A program made the position numbers and the translations under genes. A DNA stretch of 64,000 bases from Owenia fusiformis (Eukaryota), in assembly GCA_903813345.2 (NCBI GenBank), contig CAIIXF020000001.1, forward strand, positions 15,934,001 through 15,998,000. Reading direction: 5' to 3'. The notes beneath the pieces are model-generated. The model was not told the origin of the DNA, did not search any database, and saw nothing but the letters and a program-made list of their open reading frames with translations. The first letter of the stretch is position 1, and each line of letters opens with the position of its first letter. This document shows, piece by piece, positions 13,079 through 25,343 of this stretch.

Positions 13079-15133
13079 ATGGTTAGTAAATTATTTTTGG
13101 ATATTTGTTTTCTACTTCAAGTATACCATAGACGGGTCTTCTTATATAGGCCTACCTTTCTCGGTTGGTTTGGTTTGATGAACAATGTTTTCGTCCCCTT
13201 GATATTTAGTTGTCTTCATGAAACTTCAACATCTCACTTTGGTTCTATTAAAGCTGAAACCATTATTGGATAATAAAGTTGTATTTTTAATATTGTGTCG
13301 AATTTCGCTGTTCTTTGTTTTAGACTCGATTCGGAATACTCTTCGCGCTTTCACTCATTTGCAAGTCTTTGTATACCAATGGACAGACCTATCTGTCTGT
13401 AAGTGGGACAGACCTTAGGCTGAACAATGAGAAGGTCTTCATGTCTGGTATGAACCTAGCATGGTACCAATTCGGAATGGACTTTGGAAATGGAAGATAT
13501 CAGAGTGATACTAGAACTACTCTTATTGGCTATTTGGATGAAATCGCCAACTCTGGGGGAAATTCAATGAGTAAGTATATAGTTGGGGCATATACACGGC
13601 GTTCGTATTTAGATTCGTCAAGGTGTTCTGTCAGATTAGATCCTAAATCTCAGTTTCTTTTAAAAATGAATAGGTTAGATTGAAAAAATTATATTTGAAA
13701 TAAGGTTATAATTTGGTAAAAAAAAGAACGTCAGACTAAAAACGTACCTGGTCTTATATCTCAGTCTGAATGTGAGGTAAATACGATTCATTTGGCTATC
13801 AATAGTGGGTCTTGTGTTTTTGTTGCATTTTATTTTGATGATTGGATATAAAACGGAATAAAATCGTTATGGGCCCACTATATATTTGTTCATAGGTGTA
13901 ACCCTTACCTAGTATTGATTATATGTCTTATTCTTCAGGGCTCTGGCTTCATTGTGCGGGTGCAACAACGCCAGCTTTTGACAGCAATGGTTTTGTGACC
14001 AACACAGACGCCCAGGGAACGATGATCGCTGACCTCAGTGATTTCCTTGATAGGGCACAGGAACGCAATATCTTACTATTCATCGTCTTATGGAACGGAG
14101 CAAGACCACCTACAGACGAGATGAATGGTTTAATTTTTGATGTTGACAAATTGGACTCTTATATTGACAATGCACTGTCCCCGATGGTAAGGGCTCTAAG
14201 TGGGAAACGGGCTCTTGGAGGATGGGAAATCATGAACGAGCCAGAAGGAATGATGCAAGCTGACAGGGTACATCCTAGCCAGTGCTTCGATACCCGACGT
14301 ATGCGTGGCTCTGGTATGGGTTGGGTCAACACAAACACTCCTACGGAAGATATGATGCGCTTCATCTCAAGACAGACGGCTGCGATACACAGATCTGACT
14401 CAAAGGCCTTGGTGACAGTTGGATCATGGTCGGAAAAATCCCAAAATGACGCTTATCCCGATTCACAAGATTACTATACCGATATTTGCATGTTTGAAGC
14501 CAGCAATGGGGATTTAGATGCTTACATTGATTTCTATCAAATGCATACGTATACGTGGCAGGGTAGGTATGCCGCTAACTCACCGTTTAAAGTCCATGGT
14601 GATACGTACAATCTCGGGAAGCCTAACGTCATCGGAGAGTTCAGCGAGGCGGGAAGTGAGGTATGAATTTTATACCACTAGGCACGATAATTTACAATAG
14701 ATGCTATTTAGATTGTAATGAAATTTGATAGTGTCAGGGAAATTGATGACAACATATTCATTGAGATTAATTTTGTTTCTATATCATCCCATCCCCAAGC
14801 AGGGACCATTGAAATCCCATACTTTACTGTTGGTCTAAATAAACGTACAACGGACAACAAAACAGGAAAAACTAAGCACAGGATCCTGATTTAGACCCAT
14901 GATAAACTGTACCTGTCACTGAAAGCATCTTTCTCCTATAGGCACGTAATATCACGCACAACATGAACTACGCCTATTACTATGGCTACAATGGTGCGTG
15001 GACCTGGCACGCGGTGGCAACTGGCGACCATACGGATGATCTGGCTACACAAAAGAGAGGGCTAGAGTGGCTCAGGAACAGAAATGACCAAGCCAAGGGA
15101 GGAAGAGTTAATATCGATATCAGGAATAATTGA
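13079..15133 (+). CDS. Secreted endo-1,4-beta-mannanase, glycoside hydrolase family 5 (animal subfamily GH5_10-like), 387 aa
   Basis: Exons: 13079-13081 (ATG only, then gttagt donor), 13324-13570, 13939-14660, 14942-15133; phases consistent. Signal-peptide-like start MTRFGILFALSLICKSLYTNG/QTYLSV. Motifs: FMSGMNLAWYQFGMDFGNG, RLWLH, GWEIMNEPEG (acid/base Glu), DFYQMHTY, KPNVIGEFS (nucleophile Glu), GYNGAWTW. AATAAA at 15161. The ATG-only first exon is the least certain part. Confidence 0.93.
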
Positions 15134-15257
15134 TTCAAATGTTGTATTTCTGAAAACTGAAATAAAAAAATCGGTTATGAACCATCCCATCCGGATAAGT
15201 TCAACTCATTGATCGTTCCAATATTTACCACAAGGTCTGGACTTTCAATAGCAGGGG

Positions 15258-17333
15258 CACGGTGTCCGATACTACCCAATGTAAATCGTTCCGGACTTGT
15301 TTTTCACGACCATTTGAACTCATTTCGTAGGAGAATGAGATGAGACATTCATCAGAATGGCTCAAAAAGGTAATATAATTCAATCGTTTAGAAAAACACA
15401 TACACGAACTTCTACCTAAAACATTCTTTTTCATACCCACATACCTATTTTGGCGATCGTGCCATCATAGTTCATATTTATCGGCATTAAATAACAAAAA
15501 TGCCAGAAATATGCTCTAAATCTGCATTAGTGTCATTAAACTATGTTTAAACAAAAAAAATCATTTTATAAAGTGGAACAATATTCACTACATTAAAGAT
15601 GTGATAATATTTTAACTATCTGTACCTTCAAATTTCCATAAATGACCGTAATGTAAAAAGTGGAGTTAACGACGGCGAATGGTCCTTATTCTGACACGGA
15701 CTTGTCTTATAATCACTAGGTGAACGACTGCGAATTGTACACAACGTGATAAAAATAACGATTAGGAATTGTCTTGTAATGTTATTTATACGTTCCGTTG
15801 CTTGATGAATTGTTTATGCTTCTGGAAAAATTGCATTTAGTATGATTATGTTTGAGAGGAGTTTTTGTACTAAATATTCACACATTTAGTAATTTCAGTT
15901 CCCAGAAACAAGTGCCACGAATGTACTTTTAAAAGTGCAGATAAAAATAACAGATCAGCGATTTAGTAAAGAACATCCGATGATGTAATTAAACTCGCTA
16001 TAGCTAATAACGTTAGTACCGTTCAAGGTCATGTGTCAAATGAAAAAGATGATGGAATCCATGTATGTGCGGGCAAAGATCGTATTTCGGCGATCGATGA
16101 TGTTTCTATTTATTCTTTTCAAAATACATTTGGGGCTAAAATTATTATTGTAAGTTTACAGCAAATCCTGTCTTAGGCGACACCTCTCTCGTATTTAAAA
16201 GAGTCAAAACACGAGTCAAAACCTATATAGTTTAGGCCATTTAAAAGAGGTAACGATGAGCTTTTTGTACGTATTTAGTGCATTGGAAGTTAAGGGGAAA
16301 GTCTAAAGAAGAATCCGAGGCAAAAACCTGCATGTTGTGAGGCAAATTATGAAATTATAATGAATCAAATTGTTAATAATCTAGGGGCAAACCAGATAAC
16401 GATTAAAACTAATTATTTCTTCTCAACTTTCACTAAACTTCTTGCCTTGCATTAATATAAGCATGGAAGTCAGTTTAAAGCCAATAAGGGCGTTTTAAAG
16501 TCTTATTTGAGGCAAACTTATGCTCACATTTTTCATAGGCAAATTAAAAATAGCGACGAGTGAAGTCTTTAAAAAAGCGAAGAGGCAAAACACAAGAAAA
16601 GGTAAAAAATCAACTTTTCTCTACATGCATTCTTGCCCTTTGAAAGTATCAAGTAAAGAACATGTATCTAATTCAACCTTGACAAGTATCTCTTAATACA
16701 TTTAATTAATAATGATCATTTAGATAGTATCACTCAGACAACTTCTTCCACTCATCCACTCTGATGATTTGTTGGAAATCTATAAAGTTTATGGAGCTGT
16801 TCCACACTTAAAAATGGTTCATTGTGTTCTACAAGTCAGAAACGTTCCAATAACACAAGTCAGAAACGTTCCAATAACAAGTCAACATCATTAACTGGAA
16901 TATTTAGGTCACGTCCAAATGGTTAAATCTAAAAAATATTCTTTGGACAATTGCTACTCATTTATACCATTTTAAATCATGATTTTCGTTCACAATATGG
17001 CTACTTTCAATATGAATCGGTGTATTCATTGGATACAAGGCAGGCTGGTGATTATCAGGCAAAATAGGTGAAAACACTGGCAGAATCGCTCACATCCCGA
17101 AATAACAAGACTATAGCAAACGGTTCGTACAAAAAAGGCGTTTGCGGGTGCCTAAAGATAGGGTAAATAGTATGGTAAGTTATCTAATTGTATTATATTT
17201 ACATAAAGTCAAGTGAAAGCAATTTCATAACCAAATTTACAAACCTACCTCTACTTTTTTCCATAAATCAAGTCCAAATGGTTATGAAAAACAAGTCCGG
17301 AACGATTTACGTTGGGTAGTATCGGACACCGTG
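15258..17333. mobile_element. Non-autonomous DNA transposon with Transib/RAG-type ends
   Basis: 63-bp TIRs (59/63 identical) beginning CACGGTGTCCGATACTACCCAA; exact 5-bp TSD AGGGG at 15253-15257 and 17334-17338; no long internal ORF. Confidence 0.85.
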
Positions 17334-17750
17334 AGGGGGCGAGTGTCCGAAATCGCCGTTTGTTTTCGATAATTCGCCGTTTGTTAGAAGTCAAATATAG
17401 TTTTGGGGGAAAATAAAAGTCTTCTATAGACTATCCTTTATTTTATTCAGCGATCTTGTTTTGCACTTCCTTGTCTTTGATTTGTACCTCAGTTTCGAAC
17501 TGCAATGGAACTCACTATAATCGTAAAGATCACTTGATCTCATTATAGTAGTAAACACCGTCCAATTTTGTACCCGTTTGGGCTATGCATTTTAGATCAC
17601 TATCTAACCACTATCATGTGCATGATAATTCAAATTCCAACCTTTGGTATAATCAGAGTTGGTTATTTTCCACTGGACATGCAGTTACATGTATGACTGA
17701 TATAACTACAACCAGTCACAGTACAGTCTTTCCAATGGGTGTAAAATTGT

Positions 17751-18072
17751 ATTATTACCACCTTGCCGGGCCAGTTCTAGGGGTTTTAGTACTAGTTAAT
17801 TTAGAAGGCGTTCATTTTACTATATCGACCTGAGAAATGTGTGACGTCATAGTGGTGGTCCATATGGACCAGTCTAGAATATATTCTGGACCGGCAATTT
17901 TTCCCCGGGAAATTAGATATCGTTCAGTGCGTAAGATTTTCTTGTTTTTTCAGCCCTGGTCGTTAACGGTGGTAATAATACTTAAAACGTCATTTCTGCG
18001 AGCAATATAGTGAAGTATTGGACCTTGGGCCTCGGTCCAATATTTCACTATATTCCCCTTAGAAATGACGTT
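17751..18072. repeat. Short inverted-repeat element plus adjacent ~85-bp hairpin
   Basis: ATTATTACCACC (17751)...GGTGGTAATAAT (~17968-17979), followed by AACGTCATTTCT..AATATAGTGAAGTATTGGACC-loop-GGTCCAATATTTCACTATATT..AGAAATGACGTT (~17987-18072). Confidence 0.7.
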
Positions 18073-18529
18073 ATTGTACTATTAATCAGTTAAAGGCCCC
18101 ATATAAAGTTTAAACCACTTTGGCTTATATTTTTGTCTTATCCAATGTTATCAAAGCGTGAAAATGTGAAACTTTTTATTAATTTCAAAAATGTTTTTGA
18201 AGGACTTTTTGTTAAAAATATCGTGAATTTATTTTAAATTAACTTTAAGAGGTCACACTTATCTTTTAAAGCGATAATTCACACCGATGCATAGCAATCA
18301 TCCTCACTTGTTTTTTACCGATAAAATCAAGAAAATTGGTTGATAGATGAGAGAGCAATGAACTCATCCATGCATGAAAGTGGTTCAGAGAAAGATGCAT
18401 TTCAAAATTTTAATTAGAAACCAATGGTAAAACAATATTAAAAACATATTCATCCTTTAACCTGGTTAGACAGTCAAAATTGTTTTATTTTTTAAGTTTA
18501 GCATATTAAGAAAAGATTAACATTGAAAA

Positions 18530-21445
18530 ATGTTGCCACCTAAGTGATGTCATACGGAAAGCGAAAGGGGATATACCGCAGAATTTAAAATTCAATGGAG
18601 TTTTAACATGGGAGTGATATCACACACCGCGGCCCAGTCAGATATATTTCTGCGCACTTTATTTATTTAATTCACTTTGAACAACGCACCCCTGTAATTC
18701 ATTCAGTGCGCAATTAAAAATTGTTTATGAGTGATATCGCACACCGCGGCCCAGTAAGATCGATTTCTGCGCACTTTATTTATTAACACACTCAAAATAT
18801 CGCGCTGAAGCTTGTATATGCTGGCGCGATGTAATTATAGTTTTCTGTTAATAAATACCCAACAAGAAAAGATAGCACAACGAATTCAACTTTTTTCGAA
18901 AGACTGCAGACTTGACCTGCGAAATTGTAATTTTGGATCACAGTGATGCCTCTAGAGAGGATATCTATGAGAATTACAGATTATAGTGCGCAGAATTATA
19001 AAGTCAAACTGACCTCAAAATGGTAGTACACAGTGTACACTGCCATCTTTCAATAAAGTAACTACAGACCTTCGTATACAAAATACCAGAATGATTGATG
19101 TAATACCTGTATACCATTTCTTCTGGGAGAAGGAAAGTTCCTATATGTATTCCATGGCCGTAGCCAGGGGGCCTCACCCCCTCCCCCTTGCCAAATATTC
19201 GTTCAAAATCATGCAGTTTTTCACCATTCTTAGCACTTTTCGCAAAAGCTCCCCCCTCTTGGCAAAATCTCCCCCTTGGTAAAACCACTCCCCCAGGTTA
19301 ATCCATGATACGGGTCTGTATTCTTAGACGAGATTGTTCAAGAACATAAGGTGCCACCTGTTAAAAGCTAGGAGATCTTTTCTAAGTTATTAAGTTATCA
19401 ATCAGCAGACTGGTAATTGTATCCCCCACCCACTTCAAACTCCATACACTAACATACTATTACAATTTTATCTGTGTTTATTTGACTGTAGAAGGTGTAC
19501 ATTCATATTGCATCATATTGCACCGCATTGTATTACATCATATTGCACCACATTGTATTGCATCATATTGCACTGCATTGTATAACATCATATTGCACTG
19601 CATTGTATTGCATCATATTCCGTATTTACCATTTCGTTACAGTTTTATTACATAAAATGTTATTTATAAGATTATAATTTTCAAACATTGAAAATATTTT
19701 ATACAATATCAATTAAAAGACATGAAATGGCCCAAAATAATATATTTTCAATGGAACCCTTTGCAAGGGTCACTTCAACATAACGCCACGTGTAATCTGT
19801 ATGCATACGCCCTCTTTTAATGACCATTATCTTTGAAACCATATTAGAATCGAATCTGATAAAAGTGCGCATCATGGTCCTGGATGTGCTGCGCGCTAGA
19901 ATCGGGAAATCTCAAAGTTCTCCTCGTTAGAGCCATCAATATTATCCAAAATTGTACGGAAAGCGATAGGGGACATGCGCATAATTCAAAATCGAATGGA
20001 GTTTTAACATGGGAGTGATATCACACACCGCGGCCAGTCAGATAGATTTCATCGCGCACTGAATGAATTACAGGGGCCGCGTTGTGCAAAGTTAATTAAA
20101 ATAAAGTGCGCACAAATTCCGGCATTCAGTGCGCGATGAAAAAATGATTATCTGTGAATAAATAACGAATAAAAATTCGTGGCACCACGAATTTGATTTT
20201 TTTCGAAAGACTGCGGAGTGAACCAGCGAAATGACAATTTTGGATAATATTAATTATTTTATTGCATTTTATTGTATCATATTGCACTACATTGTATTGT
20301 ATCATATTGCACTGCATTTTTTGCATCATAGAACACTGGTTTGTATTGCATCATATTACACTACATTGTATTGCATCATATTGCACTGCATTGTATTGCA
20401 TCATATTGTTCTGCATTGTATTGCATCATATTGCACCACATTGTATTACATCATATTGCACCACATTGTATTGCATCATATTGCACTGCATTGTATAACA
20501 TCATATTGCACTGCATTGTATTGCATCATATTCCGTATTTACCATTTCGTTACAGTTTTATTACATAAAATGTTATTTATAAGATTATAATTTTCAAACA
20601 TTGAAAATATTTTATACAATATCAATTAAAAGATATGAAATGGCCCAAAATAATATATTTTCAATGGAACCTTTTGCAAGGGTCACTTCAACATAACGCC
20701 ACGTGTAATCTGTATGCATACGCCCTCTTTTAATGAACATTATCTTTGAAACCATATTAGAATCGAATCTGATAAAAGTGCGCATCATGGTCCTGGATGT
20801 GCTGCGCGCTAGAATCGGGAAATCTCAAAGTTCTCCTCGTTAGAGCCATCAATATTATCCAAAATTGTCATTTCGCTGGTTCACTCCGCAGTTTTTCGAA
20901 AAAAATCATATTCGTTATTTATTCACAGATTATCATTTTTTCATCGCGCACTGAATGCCGGAATTTCTGCGCACTTTATTTTAATTAACTTTGCACAACG
21001 CGGCCCCTGTAATTCATTCAGTGCGCGATGAAATCTATCTGACTGGGCCGCGGTGTGTGATATCACTCCCATGTTAAAACTCCATTCGATTTTGAATTAT
21101 GCGCAGGTCCCCTATAGCTTTCCGTAAAAATTGTCATTTCGCTGGTTCACTCCGCAGTCTTTCGAAAAAAATCAAATTCGTGGTGCCACGCATTTTTATT
21201 CGTTATTTATTCACAGATAATCATTTTTTCATCGCGCACTGAATGCCGGAATTTCTGCGCACTTTATTTTAATTAACTTTGCACAATGCGGCCCCCGTAA
21301 TTCATTCAGTGCGCGATGAAATCTATCTGACTGGGCCGCGATGTGTGATATCACTCCCATGTTAAAACTCCATTCGATTTTGAATTATGCGCAGGTCCCC
21401 TATAGCTTTCCGTAGATGTCACGATGTGGTCACTTAGGTTGAAAA
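18530..21445. repeat. Complex inverted/tandem duplicated repeat region with (C/T)ATTG-type microsatellite
   Basis: A ~290-bp arm lies forward at ~18553 and ~19955 and reversed at ~20865-21126 and ~21129-21414. Block 19503-19955 recurs at ~20415-20867. Pentamer microsatellite at 19503-19620 and 20260-20530. Confidence 0.85.
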
Positions 21446-22866
21446 TATTTTCGATATGCTAAATCATTGAATTGGCACATTAGATATAACATTTAATTTT
21501 AACATAGTGTGTCCGTTATATATTGTTGTTAAAAATATTCCATTCTTGATGAGCTTTGTTAATTCTTCTTTATCGAGTAGCAGACGAGATAAAGAAACAT
21601 TATCAAAGCGACTGTCGGATAAATTATGAATGTAGTGAACCCCGCTTTCCCGAACCCGAGTTTCCAGAATTCGCCTCGCATTCCTCTGACTCTTTCTCAA
21701 GATTTGGACCCTAATTTTCTTCCGCGCAAACGCGGAAATATATTGTACACTTACTTTATCATCCTGGTGTCTCGTTTATAACACCCTTGTAATTACGGGG
21801 GGGGAGGTTTGACCCCCCACTTACCAAAAGCTGGAACATGCATACCTTTATATACTCAACCGGCCAAGTATTAACAGTACAAAAGGGAGAAAAAATCTAC
21901 CAGGTCCATAATTCTACATGTTCACGTACAAGTTTAAAAAATGTGTATCTTAATTAATGTAGAACTGCGCCTTTGTATCAGAGACACAGTTTCATAGGTG
22001 CGTCTTTACAATGAAACACAATAACGAGAATTGCAACTTTAGGATCTTGAAAAAAGTTGCAATATCCTTCCTGGTTAGAATCGGTTTCCATGTACAACTA
22101 AAACACTATATAAAATAACTATCTATACCATCAATGCAAATATATGCTTTCTTCCATTCTGATACTCATGGCATCTTTCTGTTTCACCTGAAACACAGGG
22201 CTGAGAAGAAATGAGATGTCATGGTTTATCATGATGACTTTCTTCGAGAATACATTATGCGGGCCCGGGAATGCGGGGTGCCACATTCATTGCAACACAC
22301 CTTGCAACAATGTCTTATGAGGGTAATTTCTTATATTGAGAAGTTTATCATCTATTGAAATTAAATACTTGTACATGTAACTACAAAAAGCGAATTTGTT
22401 TGAGCAGTCCTAGCTCGACATATTATAAAGAAAACAATATTTACAACATGGTATTCTTAGTAGACTGTTCAATTTGGAATTTCGAAGCTTAGCCAAACAT
22501 CAGTTTTCTAACAAAAATCATCAAAAAGGGATTTTATCAAAGTCTTCCATGCAAATGAAGGTGCGAATTCACATTAACAAATTAAGATAAGATCCACAAT
22601 ATGTTATCAAATGGTTAAATGCGCAAAATGTGTAGATATGTTTTCCTTAATAATGTGTGAGGAGGCCTTTCAGCCAATTTTCGAAAACGTAGTGAGAACA
22701 AGTTTGGTGTTGAGGGGAGGGGGATATCTCCCACCTCGGTCTCTCTCTAATGCCTAGGACACATATGCGCCGGGCGTCGGCCGATGAGTAGTCATCGGCC
22801 GATTTCTAAATCAGTTTCGACAAAAATTATGTAATTCGGCAATTTTAGTTAAAAAACATGAAGGTA

Positions 22867-23688
22867 CACTCCCCTCCATAAGTTTGGGAACCTTTCCCCC
22901 CCCCATTGAACTACGTGTTAAAGCCTCTTGACCTTTGAATTTTTATTTACTTAACCTGCGATGAAAATGCTTATACTATTCCTCAATTACAATAGGTCAA
23001 AAATTGATGATAAATTTGATGATTTTTTGAAAATCGACAATCCCATGTTAACCAATGGGAAATGGTAGGTTTGCCGCAAGTCATATGACAGAATATCCAT
23101 CTATCCGAGTCCTTGCAAAAAATACGAGTTAGGCAGGCAATTGAATTTGCTAACTTTATTTGACAAAAAATTGATCTGTTTCTTCAGGTTCAACAAAGTT
23201 ATAGGGCTTTAAAGTCAAAATTGTTTTTCAAAAAACCTCTCCCATTGAAATAACACAAGAGGCGAAAAATTATTTTCAAAAATGACTTTGAAGCGCTGTA
23301 ACTTTAATATTCATCAAATAAACTAAACACTTAGTGCTCAAAAAAGTTAGACAATTCAATTTTCTATTTAAAAATATTTTTTGCTGAATCTTTTATACTG
23401 AAACGATATCCTGATTTCTGATTTGCCCCGAACCCTCCATTTCCCAATGGATTACATGGGAATGACGATTTTCAAAAATTCATCAAATTTATCATAAATT
23501 TTCGACCTATTGTAATTGAGGAAAGAAATTCAGAAAATTTGGAGGTATCGGAAATAAAGTCAAGTTACGTTTCCATCAATATTAAAAGTTATTTCATCGC
23601 CGGTAAGTAAATAAAAATTCAAACGTAAAGAGGCTTTAACACGTAGTTCAATGGGGGAAAAAGGTTGCCAAACTTATGGAGGGGAGTG
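22867..23688. mobile_element. Tc1/mariner-type foldback MITE
   Basis: TA|CACTCCCCTCCATAAGTTTGG...CCAAACTTATGGAGGGGAGTG|TA; inverted similarity continues almost to the centre near 23250. Confidence 0.88.
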
Positions 23689-24227
23689 TACATTACGTAA
23701 AATTTTGAAGACAAATGGTGCATATTTAACAAAATACCAGCACCAGTCCTGTTACTTTTGGAACACCCTGTATGTCACCACTTCTGGCAATGTCTGGAGG
23801 TAGTAAAAACTAAAATGAATCTGATATACACATAATCACATGTGAATCATCTATTAATACATCACTCTCATTTTAATAATGACAATTCTAGATTTTGATT
23901 TATATCAAAAGTGTTCAATTCAACAGGTGCATTTGGATTTGTGAAATGCAACCTGTGTAAGGGTAAGTTATCTCATAAAAGGTAAATTACATTCTCTATA
24001 AGTTGCCCTAGTCATTCCACAGTTCCAGGTGTTATTTTGTGAAGCCCATGTCTTGCCACATCACACGTGGAAATGACTTTGACAAACCTTGGACATCTTT
24101 CTTTCAGTCCATGGACTCTAAAATAACAAGAATTTGCATTGTCGGGAGCGTAAAATTGGTTATTTTGAATGCCGCCTCTTGTATTTTTCATCTGCCCCTT
24201 GTACACAAAGTTACTGAAACCACTGAA

Positions 24228-24918
24228 GGTGTGTACCAAATTAAGCGTGACAGTTGAACGCGCGGAGTACGGTACAACAGGACGGTGATGAAATGTGAGC
24301 AAATAGGTCTTTCCATCGTTTCGGAAAGATGTGGTTTAGTTTCTAGATTTTTAAATTTTAAATCAGATTTGAACTTTTGAGAACTTGTAGATGATTTTGA
24401 AAAGTTGAGAAAAGACCTTTTAACCTTTTGACCTTTCAAATCTTAAATCTAAAGTCAGATTTGACATTCTGAGAACTTGTATCTATGATTATGAAAAAAA
24501 TTGGTCAATCTGAAGCAAGTTGAATCAATACTTTTTGTAACCTTGAGAAGGTAATTGAAGGTCAAACTAGAATCTTTGGTCAGATTTGAACGTTTGGTCA
24601 ATTGGTCAATTTGAAGCAAGTTGAAGAAAGACCTCTTCACCTTTTTTGACCTTGAGAAGGTCATTGAAGAGAAGGTCAAATCTGTTTTACCTTAAGAAGG
24701 TCATTGAAGGTCAAATCTCAAATCTTTAGTCAGAATTGAACTTATGAGAACTTGTAGATGATTGAAGTCAGTCTACACAGTACTTGTTAAGTTATTGAAA
24801 GTTGTAAGAATTTGGCCAACCGCCATCACAAAAAAACTTTCGGTTTGCTTAAATTTCATCACCTTCGTATTGTACCGTACCAAGCTCGTTCAACTGTAAC
24901 GCTTTGGTACGGACCCTG
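24228..24918. mobile_element. Degenerate TIR element with internal TGACCTT/AAGGTCA repeats
   Basis: About 70-bp imperfect inverted ends (GTACCAAA..AGCGTGACAGTTGAACG..GTACGGTACAA..GGTGATGAAAT and its reverse complement at 24845-24918); the right end is ACCCTG, as in Tc1/mariner elements. Confidence 0.7.
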
Positions 24919-25343
24919 TGTATATACGTCTGTCTGCCTATACGTGCGTTCATCTACGGATGTGTGTATCTATATCCTCATGAGTAGTGCTGTCAGCCAC
25001 CGAGCTGTCAACATGCATAATCGGTGATCATTTGGCGCCGACCATGTCGGACCGCATGGACAAAACGTTATTGTATTTATATACTGAAAATCTCAGTCGG
25101 CGTTTAAAAACCAATTCAAACACATTTAATATGTATGTGATAGGAAAACTGCTTCCAGGGAAACTAAATGTATTTTCCAATCTACACACGATTACTTATT
25201 CATTTATCTAATTGAGTCAGAGAACAATCGTTCTTATAGTAAAAGAAATTAATGCAATTTAGCAAGTTATTGAGGATTGGGAGCGTAAGGGATGGGTGTT
25301 CTATTCGGCCTTTTGTTCAGCTTTTCAATTGTTTTTTTACTAA

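Noticed and set aside
13923-14666. Bacterial contamination or recent horizontal transfer of the GH5 gene
   Set aside because: The gene has three phase-consistent GT-AG introns and a polyA signal, and it lies among animal genes and transposons.
15640-17160. Convergent RAG1-like/RAG2-like gene remnants inside the CACGGTG element
   Set aside because: Only short stop-interrupted frames were found in the parts I translated, with no RAG1/Transib catalytic or kelch motif recognisable by eye.
19495-20590. Cys/His-rich ORFs (LHHIVLHCIASYCT...)
   Set aside because: They are translations of a pentamer microsatellite that is open in several frames.
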